The translations under genes and the position numbers were made by a program. 43,788 bases of DNA, from contig CAVIYT010000149.1 of NCBI GenBank assembly GCA_963646925.1, positions 1 to 43,788 of the forward strand. Reading direction: 5' to 3'. The stretch's first letter is position 1, and each line of letters starts with the position of its first letter. The DNA is from Paludibacteraceae bacterium (GTDB lineage Bacteria; Bacillota; Clostridia; Lachnospirales; Lachnospiraceae). The notes under the pieces are model-generated. The model saw only the letters and a program-made list of their open reading frames with translations. It made no database searches and had not been told where the DNA came from. This document shows, one piece after another, positions 27,816-36,645 of the stretch.

Positions 27816-28559
27816 ATGAATTTAACAGGAAAAATCGCTCTTGTGACAGGCGCAAGCCGTGGAATCGGCTGTCAGATCGCACTGACACTGGCAGGATACG
27901 GAGCAACTGTCATCGTCAACTATAACGGCTCTGCGGCAAAGGCGGAGGAAGTCGTAAATGAGATCACATCAAACGGCGGAACAGCCGAGAGCATGCAGTG
28001 CAGCGTCAGTGATTTCGAGAAGTCCAAGGAAATGATCGATGGGATCGTAAAGAAATACGGCCGTCTCGATATTCTGGTAAACAACGCCGGAATCACGAAG
28101 GACAACCTGATCATGAAGATGTCCGAGGACGATTTTGACGCCGTTATCGACACAAATTTAAAGGGTGCGTTCAACTGCATCAAACATGTTTCCCGCCAGA
28201 TGTTAAAACAGAGAGGCGGACGGATCATCAACATCTCCTCCGTTTCCGGAGTGATGGGAAATGCGGGCCAGGCAAACTACTGCGCATCCAAGGCAGGCAT
28301 CATCGGACTCACAAAATCTGTCGCGAGAGAGCTTGGAAGCCGCGGAATCACATCAAACGCGGTCGCACCGGGATTTATCCGCACGGAGATGACGGATGTG
28401 CTTCCGGAGGACGTAAAGAAAGCCATGGGTGAACAGATCCCGTTAAAGCGTTTCGGCGAGACAAAAGACATTGCGGAGGCAGTCGCATTCCTTGCTTCCG
28501 ATGAGGCAGCTTACATTACCGGTCAGGTCCTTCATGTGGACGGCGGCATGGCGATGTAA
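27816..28559 (+). CDS. fabG: 3-oxoacyl-ACP reductase
   Basis: [29 protein letters not shown]. Confidence 0.96.
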   Translation: MNLTGKIALVTGASRGIGCQIALTLAGYGATVIVNYNGSAAKAEEVVNEITSNGGTAESMQCSVSDFEKSKEMIDGIVKKYGRLDILVNNAGITKDNLIMKMSEDDFDAVIDTNLKGAFNCIKHVSRQMLKQRGGRIINISSVSGVMGNAGQANYCASKAGIIGLTKSVARELGSRGITSNAVAPGFIRTEMTDVLPEDVKKAMGEQIPLKRFGETKDIAEAVAFLASDEAAYITGQVLHVDGGMAM

Positions 28560-28665
28560 GAATAAAAAAGCACCTGTTCCGGCTGCACCGCCGGACAGCG
28601 GATATTTCGGTTATTGTTCGCGCGGAGTGTGAACCGTAACATTTTTAGAACAGGAGAACGTAAGC

Positions 28666-29901
28666 ATGAGAAGAGTTGTAGTAACAGGAATGGGTGCGAT
28701 CACCCCGATCGGAAATGATGTCGAGACATTCTGGAACGGATTAAAAGAGAAAAAGCTTGGATTCGGACCGATCACGTATTTTGATACAACAGATTATAAA
28801 GCAAAGATCGCGGCGGAGATCAAGGACTTCGAGCCGAAGGACTACATGGACCCGAAGGCGGCGAGAAGAATGGAGCGTTTCGCGCAGTTCGCGGTAGCGG
28901 CATCCCGCCAGGCCATCGAGGATTCCGGCCTTGATATGACAAAGGAAGACCCGTTCCGCGTCGGTGTCTGCGTAAGCTCCGGTATCGGAAGCTTACAGAT
29001 CATTGAGAAAGAATACAAGAAACTTCTGGAAAAAGGACCGAACCGCGTGAATCCGCTGTTAGTGCCGCTTATGATCAGCAACATGGCAGCAGGAAACGTG
29101 TCCATCCAGTTTGGCTTAAAAGGAAAGAACATCAACGTCGTGACCGCATGCGCGTCCGGCACAAACTCCATCGGTGAGGCCATGCGTGCGATCCAGCACG
29201 GCGAGGCGGAAGTCATGGTTGCAGGCGGAACCGAGAGCTGCATTACCCCGATCGGTGTTGCGGGATTCTCCGGACTTACCGCGCTTTCCACCTCCGAGGA
29301 CCCGGAGCGGGCGTCCATCCCGTTCGACCTTGAGAGAAACGGATTCGTCATGGGCGAGGGCGCAGGTGTTGTTGTCTTAGAGGACCTTGAGCACGCGAAA
29401 GCCCGCGGAGCGAAGATCTACGCGGAGTTAGCCGGATATGGCGCGACAGGCGATGCGTACCACATCACTTCCCCAGCTGAGGACGGAAGCGGCGCTGCAA
29501 AGGCAATGGAATACGCCATCGCTGACGCGGGAATGAAGCCGGAGGACATCGATTACATCAATGCCCACGGAACAGCGACCCACCACAACGATTTATTCGA
29601 GACAAAGGCCATCAAGCTTGCGCTTGGCGACCATGCATATAAAGTAAAGATCAACTCCACAAAGTCCATGATCGGCCACCTTTTAGGAGCTGCCGGCGGC
29701 GTTGAGTTCATCGACTGTGTAAAATCTATCCAGGACGGCTTTGTTCATGCCACAGCAGGCTTAAAGGTGGACGATCCGGAATGCGATCTTGACTACACAA
29801 AGGGCGACGGCGTTTCCATGGAAGTGAAGACAGTCTTAACAAACTCTCTGGGATTCGGCGGACACAACGCCTGCCTGCTTGTCAGAAAGTTTGAGGAGTA
29901 A
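28666..29901 (+). CDS. fabF: 3-oxoacyl-ACP synthase II
   Basis: RVVVTG, TACASG, GFVMGEGAG, NAHGT, KSMIGHLLGAAG, NSLGFGGHN. Confidence 0.96.
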   Translation: MRRVVVTGMGAITPIGNDVETFWNGLKEKKLGFGPITYFDTTDYKAKIAAEIKDFEPKDYMDPKAARRMERFAQFAVAASRQAIEDSGLDMTKEDPFRVGVCVSSGIGSLQIIEKEYKKLLEKGPNRVNPLLVPLMISNMAAGNVSIQFGLKGKNINVVTACASGTNSIGEAMRAIQHGEAEVMVAGGTESCITPIGVAGFSGLTALSTSEDPERASIPFDLERNGFVMGEGAGVVVLEDLEHAKARGAKIYAELAGYGATGDAYHITSPAEDGSGAAKAMEYAIADAGMKPEDIDYINAHGTATHHNDLFETKAIKLALGDHAYKVKINSTKSMIGHLLGAAGGVEFIDCVKSIQDGFVHATAGLKVDDPECDLDYTKGDGVSMEVKTVLTNSLGFGGHNACLLVRKFEE

Positions 29902-29912
29902 GGAGAACGGCA

Positions 29913-30386
29913 ATGGAAGTAAAAGAGATCATTGAGTTAATGAAAGCGATGTCAGAGAACGGCATGACCGGCTTCGAGCTTGCGGAAGGCGACTGGAAGC
30001 TGAGCATGAAGCGGGAAAAAAAGGTCGTTGCGGCGGCACAGACTCCGGTCGTTATGCAGGTTCCGGGACAGACGATGATCCAGACCGCGGATGTGACCGC
30101 GATGGAGCAGGTCTCCGGTGAGACAAGTGAAAAGAAGACATCTGGAATCTCTGAGAAAGTCATCAGCTGCCCGCTCGTGGGTACATTCTACTCTTCCCCG
30201 GCGCCGGACGCTGAGGACTATGTAAAAGTCGGAGACACCGTGAAAAAAGGTCAGGTCATCGGAATCGTGGAAGCCATGAAGCTGATGAACGAGATCGAGA
30301 GCGAGTATGACGGAATCGTTGAGGAGATCCTTGTGAAGAACGAGGAGACGGTGGAGTACGGTCAGCCGTTGTTTAGAATTCGATAA
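29913..30386 (+). CDS. accB: Acetyl-CoA carboxylase biotin carboxyl carrier protein
   Basis: PLVGTFY, EAMKLMN biotinylation site, VEYGQPLF. Confidence 0.96.
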   Translation: MEVKEIIELMKAMSENGMTGFELAEGDWKLSMKREKKVVAAAQTPVVMQVPGQTMIQTADVTAMEQVSGETSEKKTSGISEKVISCPLVGTFYSSPAPDAEDYVKVGDTVKKGQVIGIVEAMKLMNEIESEYDGIVEEILVKNEETVEYGQPLFRIR

Positions 30387-30536
30387 GTATAGAGATAACA
30401 GGCCTGCGCCTTGCCGCGTGGGACGCAAACATTGTGTAGAGCAAAATTCTATAGGATTAGTCCATTGAAAATAGGTTTTTGCAGGTAACTGTTACGCTGC
30501 GTTGTGAGAATGCCGGACAGTTACGGAGGAGGAAAA

Positions 30537-30959
30537 ATGTTAGGAATCAAAGAAATTCAGGAGATCATCCCGCACAGACACCCGTTTCTTCTCGTGGACT
30601 GCGTGGAGGAGCTGGAGCCGGGCGTGAGAGCCGTTGGTTATAAATCTGTCACATACAATGAGCCGTATTTCGCGGGCCATTTCCCGCAGGAGCCGGTAAT
30701 GCCGGGCGTTCTGATCGTTGAGGCACTGGCACAGACAGGCGCTGTGGCGATCTTAAGCGTTGAGGGAAATAAGGGAAAGACCGCGTATTTCGGCGCGATG
30801 AACAATGTAAAGTTTAAGAAGAAGGTAGTTCCGGGCGACAAGCTTCGCCTGGAGTGCGAGATCATTAAGCAGAAAGGACCGGTCGGTGTTGGAAAAGCGG
30901 TCGCTACCGTGGACGGAAAAGTCGCGGTATCTGCAGAACTCACATTCATGATCGGTTAG
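30537..30959 (+). CDS. fabZ: 3-hydroxyacyl-ACP dehydratase
   Basis: [37 protein letters not shown] before ATG 30537. Confidence 0.96.
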   Translation: MLGIKEIQEIIPHRHPFLLVDCVEELEPGVRAVGYKSVTYNEPYFAGHFPQEPVMPGVLIVEALAQTGAVAILSVEGNKGKTAYFGAMNNVKFKKKVVPGDKLRLECEIIKQKGPVGVGKAVATVDGKVAVSAELTFMIG

Positions 30960-30972
30960 GACTGGTGAAGAG

Positions 30973-32328
30973 ATGTTTCAGAAGATTTTAATCGCAAACC
31001 GCGGCGAGATCGCCGTTCGGATCATCCGGGCATGCCGGGAGATGGGAATCAAGACGGTTGCCGTCTATTCAGAGGCGGACCGGGACGCGCTCCACACACT
31101 TCTTGCGGACGAGGCGATCTGTATCGGACCGGCGCCGTCCACGGAGAGTTATCTCGACATGGAGCGGATCTTAACTGCATGTGTTGTCATGAAGGCGGAT
31201 GCCATTCATCCTGGTTTCGGATTCTTATCGGAGAATGCCCGCTTCGCGGAGCTCTGCGAGAAGTGCAATATCCGCTTTATCGGTCCGTCCGCGGAGATCA
31301 TCAATAAAATGGGAAATAAGTCCGAGGCGAGAAAGACCATGATGGCGGCAGGCGTTCCGGTGGTTCCGGGAAGCAAAGAGCTGGTCTTCACCGTGGAGGA
31401 AGGTCTGAAGACCGCGAAGGAAGTCGGATTTCCGGTGATGATCAAGGCGTCCAGCGGCGGCGGCGGAAAGGGAATGCGTGTCTCAAGATCAGAAGAGGAT
31501 TTTGAGGCGAATTTCCTGAACGCGCAGATGGAATCCGTCAAAGGATTTTCCGATAATACCATGTATATCGAGCGGTTTGTGGAGAATCCGAGACATATTG
31601 AGTTCCAGATCCTGGGGGACCGCTACGGAAATGTGGTCCATCTCGGCGAGCGCGACTGCTCGATCCAGAGAAGACACCAGAAAGTTCTTGAGGAGTCCCC
31701 GTCAGCGGCGATCTCCGAGGAACTCCGGGAAAAGATGGGCGAGACGGCGGTCCGGGCGGCAAAGGCTGTGGGATATGAGAATGCCGGAACCATCGAATTC
31801 CTTTTAGATAAACAGAAAAATTTCTATTTTATGGAAATGAATACCAGGATCCAGGTGGAACATCCGGTGACGGAAGCTGTCACAGATATGGATCTCATCA
31901 AAGAACAGATCAGGATCGCGGCGGGCGAACCGCTCTCTGTAACGCAGGAGGACATTAAGATCTCCGGCCATGCCATCGAGTGCAGGATCAATGCGGAGAA
32001 TCCGGAGAAGAATTTCATGCCATGTCCGGGCATGATCACGGATATTCATCTTCCGGGCGGTCGGGGAGTCCGCGTGGACACGGCGGTCTACAACAATTAT
32101 AAGATCCCGCCGAACTATGATTCCATGATCTTAAAGCTGATCGTGAGAGACAAGGATCGGGAGTCCGCCATCGCGAAGATGCGCAGCGCCCTCGGGGAGC
32201 TTGTCATTGAGGGAATCAATACGAATCTGGATTTCCAGTATGATATTTTGAGCGATCCGGATTTCCAGGCGGGGAATGTGGATACGAACTTTATTCCGTC
32301 ACATTTTCCAGAGTATTGCAAAGAATAG
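30973..32328 (+). CDS. accC: Acetyl-CoA carboxylase biotin carboxylase
   Basis: [51 protein letters not shown]. Confidence 0.97.
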   Translation: MFQKILIANRGEIAVRIIRACREMGIKTVAVYSEADRDALHTLLADEAICIGPAPSTESYLDMERILTACVVMKADAIHPGFGFLSENARFAELCEKCNIRFIGPSAEIINKMGNKSEARKTMMAAGVPVVPGSKELVFTVEEGLKTAKEVGFPVMIKASSGGGGKGMRVSRSEEDFEANFLNAQMESVKGFSDNTMYIERFVENPRHIEFQILGDRYGNVVHLGERDCSIQRRHQKVLEESPSAAISEELREKMGETAVRAAKAVGYENAGTIEFLLDKQKNFYFMEMNTRIQVEHPVTEAVTDMDLIKEQIRIAAGEPLSVTQEDIKISGHAIECRINAENPEKNFMPCPGMITDIHLPGGRGVRVDTAVYNNYKIPPNYDSMILKLIVRDKDRESAIAKMRSALGELVIEGINTNLDFQYDILSDPDFQAGNVDTNFIPSHFPEYCKE

Positions 32329-32382
32329 CATGACTAAACGAGACATTCGCCATTTTCACAGACTTGAAAGGAGCTTTTATAT

Positions 32383-34161
32383 ATGTTAAGGGATATGTTT
32401 AAGAAAACATATACGATGATCGATATGAAACACCGTGCGGGAGAAAAGGAATCTGCCAGGGCGGCAGAGGAAGACACGCCGGTAATTCCTACCGGTCTGT
32501 GGAAAAAGTGCAATAAATGCGGAAAGTCGATCTATTCGGACGACGTGAAGGCGAACTTCTATATCTGCCCGAAATGCGGCGGATATTTCCGTGTCCATGC
32601 GTACCGCCGGATCGAGATGATCGCGGACGCGGGAACATTTGAGGAGTGGGATAAGTTCATGCAGGTCTCCAACCCGTTAAATTTCCCGGGATACGAGAAA
32701 AAACTCGCGGCGGCCCGCGAAAAATCCCAGCTCAACGAGGCGATCGTCACCGGAACATGCGAGATCCACGGACAGAAGACCGTTGTCGGTGTCTGTGACG
32801 CGAGATTTTTAATGAGCAGCATGGGCCACAACGTGGGTGAGAAGATCACGAGAGCCGTTGAGCGCGCCACAGAGGAGAAACTTCCGGTGATCCTTTTCGC
32901 CTGCTCCGGCGGCGCGAGAATGCAGGAAGGAATGGTCTCCCTGATGCAGATGGCGAAGACTTCCGCGGCCTTAAAGAGACATCATGAAGCGGGACAGCTC
33001 TACGTGAGCGTCCTGACAGACCCGACAACAGGCGGCGTGACGGCAAGCTTTGCGATGCTTGGAGATATCATTCTCGCAGAGCCGGGAGCGCTGATCGGCT
33101 TTGCGGGTCCCCGTGTCATCGAGCAGACGATCAGGCAGAAGCTTCCGGAAGGTTTCCAGAGAGCGGAGTTCCTTGTGGAGCACGGTTTTGTCGATAAGAT
33201 CGTGAAGCGCGAGGAGTTGAAGGAGACGCTGGCGATGATCTTAAAGCTTCATAGAAAGCCGGAGAGCGGATGCCTGACAGAATGGAAAAACGCGGCGGAG
33301 GAAGCTGCTGATATGAAAGAAAGTGAAGCTGTTTCCTCGGAAAAGAAAGCCCATCATGGCGGCGCGACAGCGGCGGCGATCCGCAGCGCGTGGGATTCCG
33401 TCCTGCTCTCTAGAAAGGCGGACCGCCCGGTAGCTACCGATTATATCAACGCTATTTTTGACGATTTCATGGAATTCCATGGAGACCGCTACTGCAAGGA
33501 TGACGGCGCCATCGTCGGCGGAATCGCGTCCTTCCACGGAATGCCTGTGACGGTGATCGGTCAGGAAAAAGGAAAGAATACGAAGGACAATATCAAGCGC
33601 AACTTCGGCATGCCGTCCCCGGATGGATACCGCAAAGCGCTGCGCCTCATGAAACAGGCGGAGACATTCGGACGTCCGGTGGTCTGCTTTGTGGACACCC
33701 CAGGCGCGTTCTGCGGGCTGGAAGCCGAGGAGCGCGGTCAGGGCGAGGCGATCGCGAGAAACCTCTTTGAGATGTCAGATCTTAAAGTGCCGGTGCTCTC
33801 CATCGTCATCGGAGAAGGCGGAAGCGGCGGAGCGCTGGCCATGGCTGTTGCGAACGAGGTCTGGATGATGGAGAACGCGGTGTATTCCGTTCTCTCCCCG
33901 GAAGGTTTCGCGTCGATCCTCTGGAAGGACAGCAAGCGCGCCGACGAGGCGGCACGGGTCATGAAGATGACCGCGAAGGAATTAAAGGAACTTGGAATCA
34001 TCGAGCGGGTGATCCAGGAGCCGGAACCGGCAGACCCGGAGACGCTTCCGGAGATCGCGAAGACCATGGAAGACGCCATGGAAGAATTCTTTGTGGAGTG
34101 GACGAAGCTTGACGGGAAGACGTTGGCGGAGCGCCGGTATGAGAGATTTAGGGAATTTTAG
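32383..34161 (+). CDS. accD/accA: Fused acetyl-CoA carboxylase carboxyltransferase beta+alpha
   Basis: Zn ribbon CNKC...[29 protein letters not shown] (beta); then [32 protein letters not shown] (alpha), in one 592-aa ORF. Confidence 0.95.
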   Translation: MLRDMFKKTYTMIDMKHRAGEKESARAAEEDTPVIPTGLWKKCNKCGKSIYSDDVKANFYICPKCGGYFRVHAYRRIEMIADAGTFEEWDKFMQVSNPLNFPGYEKKLAAAREKSQLNEAIVTGTCEIHGQKTVVGVCDARFLMSSMGHNVGEKITRAVERATEEKLPVILFACSGGARMQEGMVSLMQMAKTSAALKRHHEAGQLYVSVLTDPTTGGVTASFAMLGDIILAEPGALIGFAGPRVIEQTIRQKLPEGFQRAEFLVEHGFVDKIVKREELKETLAMILKLHRKPESGCLTEWKNAAEEAADMKESEAVSSEKKAHHGGATAAAIRSAWDSVLLSRKADRPVATDYINAIFDDFMEFHGDRYCKDDGAIVGGIASFHGMPVTVIGQEKGKNTKDNIKRNFGMPSPDGYRKALRLMKQAETFGRPVVCFVDTPGAFCGLEAEERGQGEAIARNLFEMSDLKVPVLSIVIGEGGSGGALAMAVANEVWMMENAVYSVLSPEGFASILWKDSKRADEAARVMKMTAKELKELGIIERVIQEPEPADPETLPEIAKTMEDAMEEFFVEWTKLDGKTLAERRYERFREF

Positions 34162-34245
34162 GCAGTGCTTCAGCTTGGGGATGATTTCTGTTTAGTTCTG
34201 CGAAGGGATTGGACAGATATGGAGCGTTATAATTTAGGAGGGAAT

Positions 34246-35385
34246 ATGGAGACAGCTATCAGCTTGAAACCATTAAAAATAGGGAATCTCGTGGCGAAGC
34301 GCCCGGTGATCCAGGGAGGCATGGGCGTCGGCATGAGTCTTTCGTCCTTAGCCGGAGCTGTCGCGAAGGCTGGCGGAATCGGGATCATTTCCACGGCCCA
34401 GATCGGGTTTAAGGACCATGATTTTGGGAAAAATCCCATGGCGGCGAACTTGAGAGCGATCCATTCGGAGCTTAAGAAAGCCAGGGAGAAAGCGCCTCAG
34501 GGTATTTTAGGCTTTAATATCATGGTTGCGACAAAGGAATACGCATCATACGTGAAAGAAGCTGTGAAGGCTGGTGCGGATGTGATCATCTCTGGCGCCG
34601 GTCTTCCCATCGACATGCCGAAATTTGTCGCTGAGGCGGAGAATGAGGACGGAAGCTCCGAGAAAAAAGAGCGCCGCACCATGATCGCGCCCATCGTCTC
34701 TTCTGTGAAATCCGCTCTCGTGATCTGCCGGATGTGGGACAGAAAGTACCACACGGCGCCGGATTTCGTTGTAGTGGAAGGTCCCTGCGCGGGCGGTCAC
34801 CTGGGATTTTCCAGGGAACAGCTTGCGGAGCTTGGAGCCGACACGGATCATGTGGCGGAGACATTTGATGAGCCGGCATATGATAAGGAAGTCCGCGGGA
34901 TCATCGAGACGGTGAAAGGCTTTGCGGAGAAGTATAAAAAGCATATTCCGGTAATCACGGCGGGCGGAATCTTTGATCATAAAGATGTTCTGCACCAGTT
35001 TGAGCTTGGGGCAGAGGGCGTCCAGGCGGCGACGAGATTCGTCACCACCGAGGAATGTGACGCGGATATTGCATACAAAGAGGCGTATATCAACGCGAAA
35101 GAGGAAGACATCGTCATCGTAAAGAGTCCGGTTGGAATGCCGGGGCGGGCGATCAAGAATAAATTCTTAGAGCGGGTCGCAAAAGGCCCGGTGAAGGTGG
35201 AGCGGTGCTTCCAGTGCCTGGAACACTGCAATCCGGCGGAAACGCCTTACTGTATCACGAAGGCGCTGATCAACGCAGCGGAAGGAAAGATCGACGATGC
35301 GCTGCTGTTCTGCGGAAGCAACGCGTACCGCTGTGAAAAGATTGAGACAGTGCCGGAGGTTATGGCGGCGCTGTGCGGAGAGTAA
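34246..35385 (+). CDS. Nitronate-monooxygenase/FabK-family flavoprotein with 4-Cys motif (FabX/UfaA-like)
   Basis: PVIQGGMGVG, SGAGLP, EGPCAGGHLG, SPVGMPGRA, C-terminal CFQCLEHC-x6-YCI; AGGAGG before ATG 34246. Confidence 0.8.
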   Translation: METAISLKPLKIGNLVAKRPVIQGGMGVGMSLSSLAGAVAKAGGIGIISTAQIGFKDHDFGKNPMAANLRAIHSELKKAREKAPQGILGFNIMVATKEYASYVKEAVKAGADVIISGAGLPIDMPKFVAEAENEDGSSEKKERRTMIAPIVSSVKSALVICRMWDRKYHTAPDFVVVEGPCAGGHLGFSREQLAELGADTDHVAETFDEPAYDKEVRGIIETVKGFAEKYKKHIPVITAGGIFDHKDVLHQFELGAEGVQAATRFVTTEECDADIAYKEAYINAKEEDIVIVKSPVGMPGRAIKNKFLERVAKGPVKVERCFQCLEHCNPAETPYCITKALINAAEGKIDDALLFCGSNAYRCEKIETVPEVMAALCGE

Positions 35386-35462
35386 AAATGCGGATCGGCT
35401 GCCGTATAGATAGTGTGAAGCAGTCTGGATAAAAGCATTGAAAAAAATTCGTTTTATAAAGT

Positions 35463-35491
35463 TCATAGATCCCGTGTTTTTGTCATAAGAT
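35463..35491 (+). promoter_or_regulatory. sigmaE-type sporulation promoter
   Basis: TCATAGA-14 bp-CATAAGAT matches the Bacillus sigmaE consensus and spacing; upstream of spmA, a sigmaE target in Bacillus. Confidence 0.6.
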
Positions 35492-35580
35492 AAAGAAATT
35501 CAGGTGGAGTTTGGTGTATCTGTACTTTAAGAGCAGATAACCGAAGAGCCGCCGGCTTTGACAGAAATGCGGGATTTTTT

Positions 35581-36372
35581 ATGTTGAATGTTCTATGGGC
35601 AGGAATGATGGCGGCCGGGATCTTCTGGGCGGCGTTTCATGGAAATATGGGGGCGGTGACAAATGGGCTGCTGGACTCAGCGAAGGAGGCGGTGACTCTA
35701 GGCATCACGATGCTTGGAATCATGTCGTTCTGGTGCGGGATCCTGAAAATCGGCGAGCGGGCGGGACTCATCGAGGCGTTGACGGAGAAAATGCGGCCTG
35801 TGATAAGATTTCTCTTCCCGAATCTGCCGGACGGACATCCGGCGGGGAAATATATCGCGACAAATATGATCGCGAACATGCTGGGACTCGGATGGGCGGC
35901 GACACCGGCGGGGGTGAAGGCGATGGAGGAGTTGGGAAAGCTGGAGGAAGAAAGACGCAATCTGTGCGTCAGCGGTAAAGATGAGCAGTCGAAAAAAACA
36001 GGTACTGTATGGAATACTCAAAAAAATCAGACATCAGAGAAAATTAGAGACGAAGCAAAACAGGAAAGAACCTTGAGAAACATAGATTTAGATAAAAGAG
36101 TACAAAAAGAATTAGAAAAACGGGACAGAAGGATAAAGAATATTGGTTCCGCAAGGCAAGCAGGTACCGCCAATAATGAGATGTGCACGTTCCTGATCGT
36201 AAATATCTCTTCGCTGCAGCTCATCCCCATCAACATGATCGCCTACCGCAGCCAGTACGGCAGCGTCAACCCGGCGGCGATCGCCGGACCGGCACTTCTT
36301 GCAACTATCGCCAGTACGGCGGCGGGCGTGGTATTCTGCAAGGTCATGGACCGGAAAAAAGTTGATTTTTGA
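35581..36372 (+). CDS. spmA: Spore maturation protein A (nucleoside-recognition/gate domain)
   Basis: MLNVLW, LRFLFP-like IRFLFP, NMIANMLGLGWAATPAGVKAM, EMCTFLIVNISSLQLIP; carries a ~70-aa insertion. Confidence 0.88.
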   Translation: MLNVLWAGMMAAGIFWAAFHGNMGAVTNGLLDSAKEAVTLGITMLGIMSFWCGILKIGERAGLIEALTEKMRPVIRFLFPNLPDGHPAGKYIATNMIANMLGLGWAATPAGVKAMEELGKLEEERRNLCVSGKDEQSKKTGTVWNTQKNQTSEKIRDEAKQERTLRNIDLDKRVQKELEKRDRRIKNIGSARQAGTANNEMCTFLIVNISSLQLIPINMIAYRSQYGSVNPAAIAGPALLATIASTAAGVVFCKVMDRKKVDF

Positions 36373-36390
36373 AAAAAAGTTTACTATAAT
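36362..36390 (+). promoter_or_regulatory. sigmaA promoter of the nickel/peptide ABC operon
   Basis: TTGATT-17 bp-TATAAT; alternative TTGAAA (36369)-18 bp-TACTAT (36393). Confidence 0.6.
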
Positions 36391-36399
36391 ATTACTATT

Positions 36400-36456
36400 A
36401 TGCGGCAGAAGCCCATACTCATAAAAGAGTCCCCCGCCCAAGGCGGTCATACATAG
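36400..36456 (+). CDS. Possible leader peptide MRQKPILIKESPAQGGHT
   Basis: ATG..TAG, 18 codons, starting about 3 nt after the predicted start site; no Shine-Dalgarno; stop codon abuts the first helix of the attenuator chain. Confidence 0.3.
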   Translation: MRQKPILIKESPAQGGHT

Positions 36457-36551
36457 AACTGAGTGAATGTTCATCCATACAGTTCATGAAAAATACAGGC
36501 AGAAGAATCGGTTTTCGGAACTTTTGCAGAACGTATATAATTTGAAATTGC

Positions 36552-36606
36552 AGTACCAGGAAGGTAGAGGTCTACAGAACGTGGGCCGCTTTTCTGGTAC
36601 TTTTTT
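36552..36606 (+). terminator. Intrinsic terminator in the 5' leader of the ABC operon (attenuator)
   Basis: AGTACCAGGAAGG..GGTCTAC-AGAAC-GTGGGCC.GCTTTTCTGGTACT followed by a T-tract, 40 nt before the start codon. Confidence 0.8.
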
Positions 36607-36645
36607 ATGGAGCCGAAGACACTTGCACCGAAAGGATATATATTC

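Noticed and set aside
36456..36485. Intact NiCo riboswitch
   Set aside because: Only the outer helix resembles it; the 18-nt interior cannot hold the four-way junction
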